DNA from: Eledone cirrhosa
Taxonomy: Eukaryota
Assembly: GCA_964016885.1 (NCBI GenBank)
Contig: OZ024740.1
Coordinates: 352,346,001 to 352,410,000, forward strand
Length of the DNA: 64,000 nucleotides
Direction: 5' to 3'
Part shown: in pieces, positions 60,416-64,000 of the stretch
Numbering within the stretch: the stretch's first letter is position 1
Layout: each line of letters begins with the position of its first letter
The notes under the pieces: model-generated
What the model was told of the DNA's origin: nothing
What the model saw: only the letters and a program-made list of their open reading frames with translations
Database searches by the model: none
Position numbers and translations under genes: made by a program

Positions 60416-61108
60416 AATTAAATCAATGGCAAATGTTAATTTATTAAAATTATTTCTTTTCTTAGCCTTGTAATTTAGAAAAATACAATAGCTTACATCT
60501 CTCTGAAGAGATAATTGTTTCTACTTTAGGCACAAGGCCAGCAATTACCCAGTGCATTACTGGTACTTTATTTTATCGACCCCGTAAGGATGAAAGGCAA
60601 AGTCAACCTCGGCGGGATTTGAACTCAGATCGTAAAGGGACGTAACTATGCTCGAAAGCATGGCGTCCGACCCTCCACCGAAGAGATAATGGTGTATATT
60701 ATATTACAATATTTCACTGTTACTAATGTTATATTTGATTTATCAAACCTTGGAGTTATGCCTCATAGATTACGAGTTCAAACTTGCTGTAAGTGTAGCA
60801 TTAACATAGTGTGATTCATAATAGAGGTGTATATGAAGTAAGCAATCCAGAAATTATCATCTGATGAACTGAAATAATTCTACCTTAAAACACCTACAGC
60901 AAGTTTGAACTCGTAATCTATGAGGCATAACTCCAAGGTTTGATAAATCAAATATAACATTAGTAACAGTGAAATATTGTAATATATTGTAATATAATAT
61001 ACACCATTATCTCTTCAGAGAGATGTAAGCTATTGTATTTTTCTAAATTACAAGGTTAAGAAAAGAAATAATTTTAATAATAAATTAACATTTGCCATTG
61101 ATTTAATT
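60416..61108. repeat. Long near-perfect inverted repeat (~215-bp arms, ~95-bp spacer); left arm interrupted by a SINE
   Basis: 60416-60515 plus 60691-60795 is the reverse complement of ~60890-61108, with few differences. Confidence 0.92.
60516..60679 (-). mobile_element. Young Nin-domain SINE, slightly 5'-truncated, with an 11-bp TSD
   Basis: GAAGAGATAAT at 60505-60515 and 60680-60690. Near-identical to 8121-8290. Confidence 0.92.
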
Positions 61109-62864
61109 TCACCAGACACAAAGCTATTTTTTTCAGTCAATTGTACCAACCCAAAGTATTTTACAGATATTTATTTTACAGACCATAAAAAAGTTGAAAA
61201 TCAAACTCAAACCCAATAGAATTTAAAAACATAAATAATGACAAAACTAAATACTGTTATGCATTGCATCTAGTGTTCTAGAAACTCACCATTCTAGGTC
61301 AGCAGCTTATATTTTTAGAAGTTTCTCTCTAATCACATGGTATATAAAATGTCAATATAATACTTTAACAATGAATACTCAATATTTGTATTGCATTAAT
61401 TAGGTATACATCTACACAATTAGAATGCACCCAGACATTGCTTGTTTTAGATAAGGTAATAAATAAATTGGATATATGTATCTGTACTCTGTGAACTTTA
61501 TTAACTTTAAGAGTGTAGAATATTTTAAAGGTTGAGTGCATTGAATATATATATTAAACATTACCTTTCTGTTAATACACTATAATTAATTATCTATAAA
61601 ACTGCAGTGGATCAAAAACAGTTGGGTGGAATATATACCTGTGTGTGTGTGTACATGCATATTTATATATGTATGTATCATCATAATCACAATTTAAAAT
61701 AGGTACATTGTATCTCTGTGTTGAAAGAGATTACTAAAATGGTTGGCACCAGGAAGGGCATTTGGTTGTAAAACATTACCTAAAAATGAGTATGAAGCCT
61801 GCCATAGGGCCCACAAGCCTAACCCTTTGCTTCAACAGCGATAATTCATTTTATATGGTTGTAAAGTGGCAGTCCTAGTGACATGATAAAATGGATCCAG
61901 TTGTTGGCATTAGGGAGAGCATCCAATTGTAGAAACTCTGCCAAAGATGGAACATATGAGCAATTCATGGTCCTCCAGCATGTCTAGTCTTAGACTGTCG
62001 TTCATGCCAACATGGATAGTGGATGTAAATTCATGATGATGAAAGTCAACTGTAAGTGAACTGATAAGATATCTTCTAGATATCTATGATATTGAACAAT
62101 GGAACAAATAAGACAAGGTTTAGCAATTATTTAATCCATTGTTATACAATCATTTCAGAGGGCAAAACACACACACACAAATATATATTATGGCTGGATG
62201 CCTTTCCTATCACCAACCACTTTACAGAAGTGTACTGGGTGATTGTTTATCATGTGGATCCCAAACACTACAGAGATTGTCATGTATATGGCACAGCTGA
62301 AGATTTCCCCCAATCATTTGTTTGACAAGTTTTTTATGGCTGGGTGCCCTTCTTATAACCAAGCAAATTACAGAGTGGATTAGATGCATTTATAGAGCAA
62401 ATCACCAACACTAAGGAGTTTGTCATGTCTATGTCACAACTGTAGAGTTCTCCCAACTCTTTGTTTAGCAAGTTTTCTATGCTTGGATCAACTTACCATC
62501 AACCATTTTACAGTGTACTGAATGCATTTATTGTGCAAATCCCTAACACTAGAGGGGCTGACTTGCCCTTGGCACATGTAAAGAGTCCCCTCAATCCTTT
62601 ATGGCATGGTTTTTACAGCGGAATGTCCTTCCTATCGCTAACTACCATACAGGGTATATTAGATGCATGTATCATGGCACTGGCAATAGAGACGTCATCA
62701 TTGAGTGGACTGAAGAGCCCCCTCTATCCTATGGGCAGGGGTAGGTTGTATGTCACTGGCAGGTGCCAAATGTGGAGGGATTTGACAGGGTGGGGATTGT
62801 GGTGCAGAAATGTACTCAATATGACTAGTATATTTCATAATTTAAATGAACATATGTCAAATAG

Positions 62865-63100
62865 CTATCATCATCATTTTACGTCCGCTTTTCCCTGCTT
62901 GGAAGGGTGGGATGGGTCCTATTCAGCACCGCATCTCTCCACTTGTCACGGTCCACCGTGAGCTTCAGCGATCTGCTCTCACCACCTCCACCCATGTTCT
63001 TCGTCGTCTTCCTTCAACTGGCATTTCTTCACCTATCGGTCATCCTCCATGTGCATCACGTCCATACCATCGCAGTCTCCTCTCCCGCACTCTCAGACAC
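62865..63100 (-). mobile_element. RTE LINE extreme 3' fragment
   Basis: RLRWYGR..HMEDDR...GRRRRTW remnant and (ATG)n tail; related to 60093-60340. Confidence 0.7.
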
Positions 63101-63197
63101 AGTTTCTCTCTCAACACATCCATTATATTACATCTGCTTTCTAAGCTGGCATGAGTTGGACCGGTCATCATGGTTTGAAACAAGACAGTTTTGATAC

Positions 63198-64000
63198 TAT
63201 GACCTGGAGAAAGCTTTTGATAGAGTCCCCTGTTCCATAATCTTGTGGGCTCTTAGAAAACTAGGGGTAGTTGAGCGGCTTGTGAAGGCAGTAAAAGCCA
63301 TGTATAGAGGAGCAGCCAGCAAGGTTAGAATTAATGATTATAGTGAAGAATTTAGTGTGCAAGTGGGAGTCCATCAGGGCTCCATTCTTAGCCCTCCTGT
63401 TTATTATCATCTTGCAGACAATAACAGAAGAGTTTAAGACTGGCTGCCCATTGGAACTCCTATATGCAGATGATTTAAACCTTATAGCTGAATTAGAGAA
63501 GAAATTCTAAACCTGGAAACCTGGCCTAGAATCAAAAGTTTGTAAAGTCCTAGTAAGTAGAAAGGAAAACAGGGCTCAGATCCCCTCAGGTAAATGGCCT
63601 TGCTTAGTGTGAAGGAAAGGCATAGGTAGAAATTCCATCCTATATCCTAAATGCAACCTATGGGTACACAAGAGATGCAGTGGGATCTCAGGCAGGTTAG
63701 CAAAGATTTTGTATGTGGCCAATGCAAAGGAGCAGTAAGTAGCAAGAGCTCACAGGAAACAAGCTTCTTTAAATGCTCAGAGGGTTCCATAGAAGTAGTT
63801 GCTACATTCTGCTACCTACCAAAGTAGTAGTGGAGTTGGGTGTTATGAAGGTATACTAGTCAGAGTGAGAATGGGATGGAAAAAGTTCAGGGAGCTACAA
63901 AAGGTTTTTTTCTTCAAAATGAATGGCAGGTTGTATGAAGCTTGTGTAAGAACAACAATGCTGCATGGAAGTGAGACCTAGGAAGTATGTGCAGAGGACC
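63198..64000 (+). mobile_element. Degraded RTE LINE (RT region), continues past the window end
   Basis: DLEKAFDRVP..WALRKLGV, VQVGVHQGSILSP, ELLYADD, RMGWKKFREL, MLHGSET with stops and frameshifts. Confidence 0.88.

Overview
AT-rich eukaryotic genomic DNA, most likely from an octopod cephalopod (inferred from Nin-domain and CORE-type tRNA-SINEs with RTE-like tails, many RTE LINEs and a single-exon C2H2 zinc-finger array). Two intact housekeeping ORFs lie on the minus strand, each uninterrupted: dCMP deaminase (DCTD, 28495-29118) and CEBPZ/Noc1/Mak21 (37788-40871). A C2H2-ZNF pseudogene is split by an RTE LINE, with a Chapaev3-like transposon inserted just upstream. The rest is mostly transposon debris: RTE, CRE-like and Penelope retroelements, Chapaev3, mariner, hAT and piggyBac elements and MITEs, and SINEs. 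The most unusual structures are: (i) the first 8.6 kb, a fold-back repeat complex enclosing a 4.3-kb hexamer-periodic array (TCAGCG/TTAGTG) and a TTAGGG-like 31-bp array between ~300-360-bp inverted arms; (ii) an inverted pair of minimal hammerhead-ribozyme motifs (Penelope pLTR-like); (iii) a young ~215-bp-arm palindrome with a SINE in only one arm; (iv) perfect 17-29-bp hairpins at retroelement truncation junctions. All alignments were made by eye and repeat boundaries are approximate.
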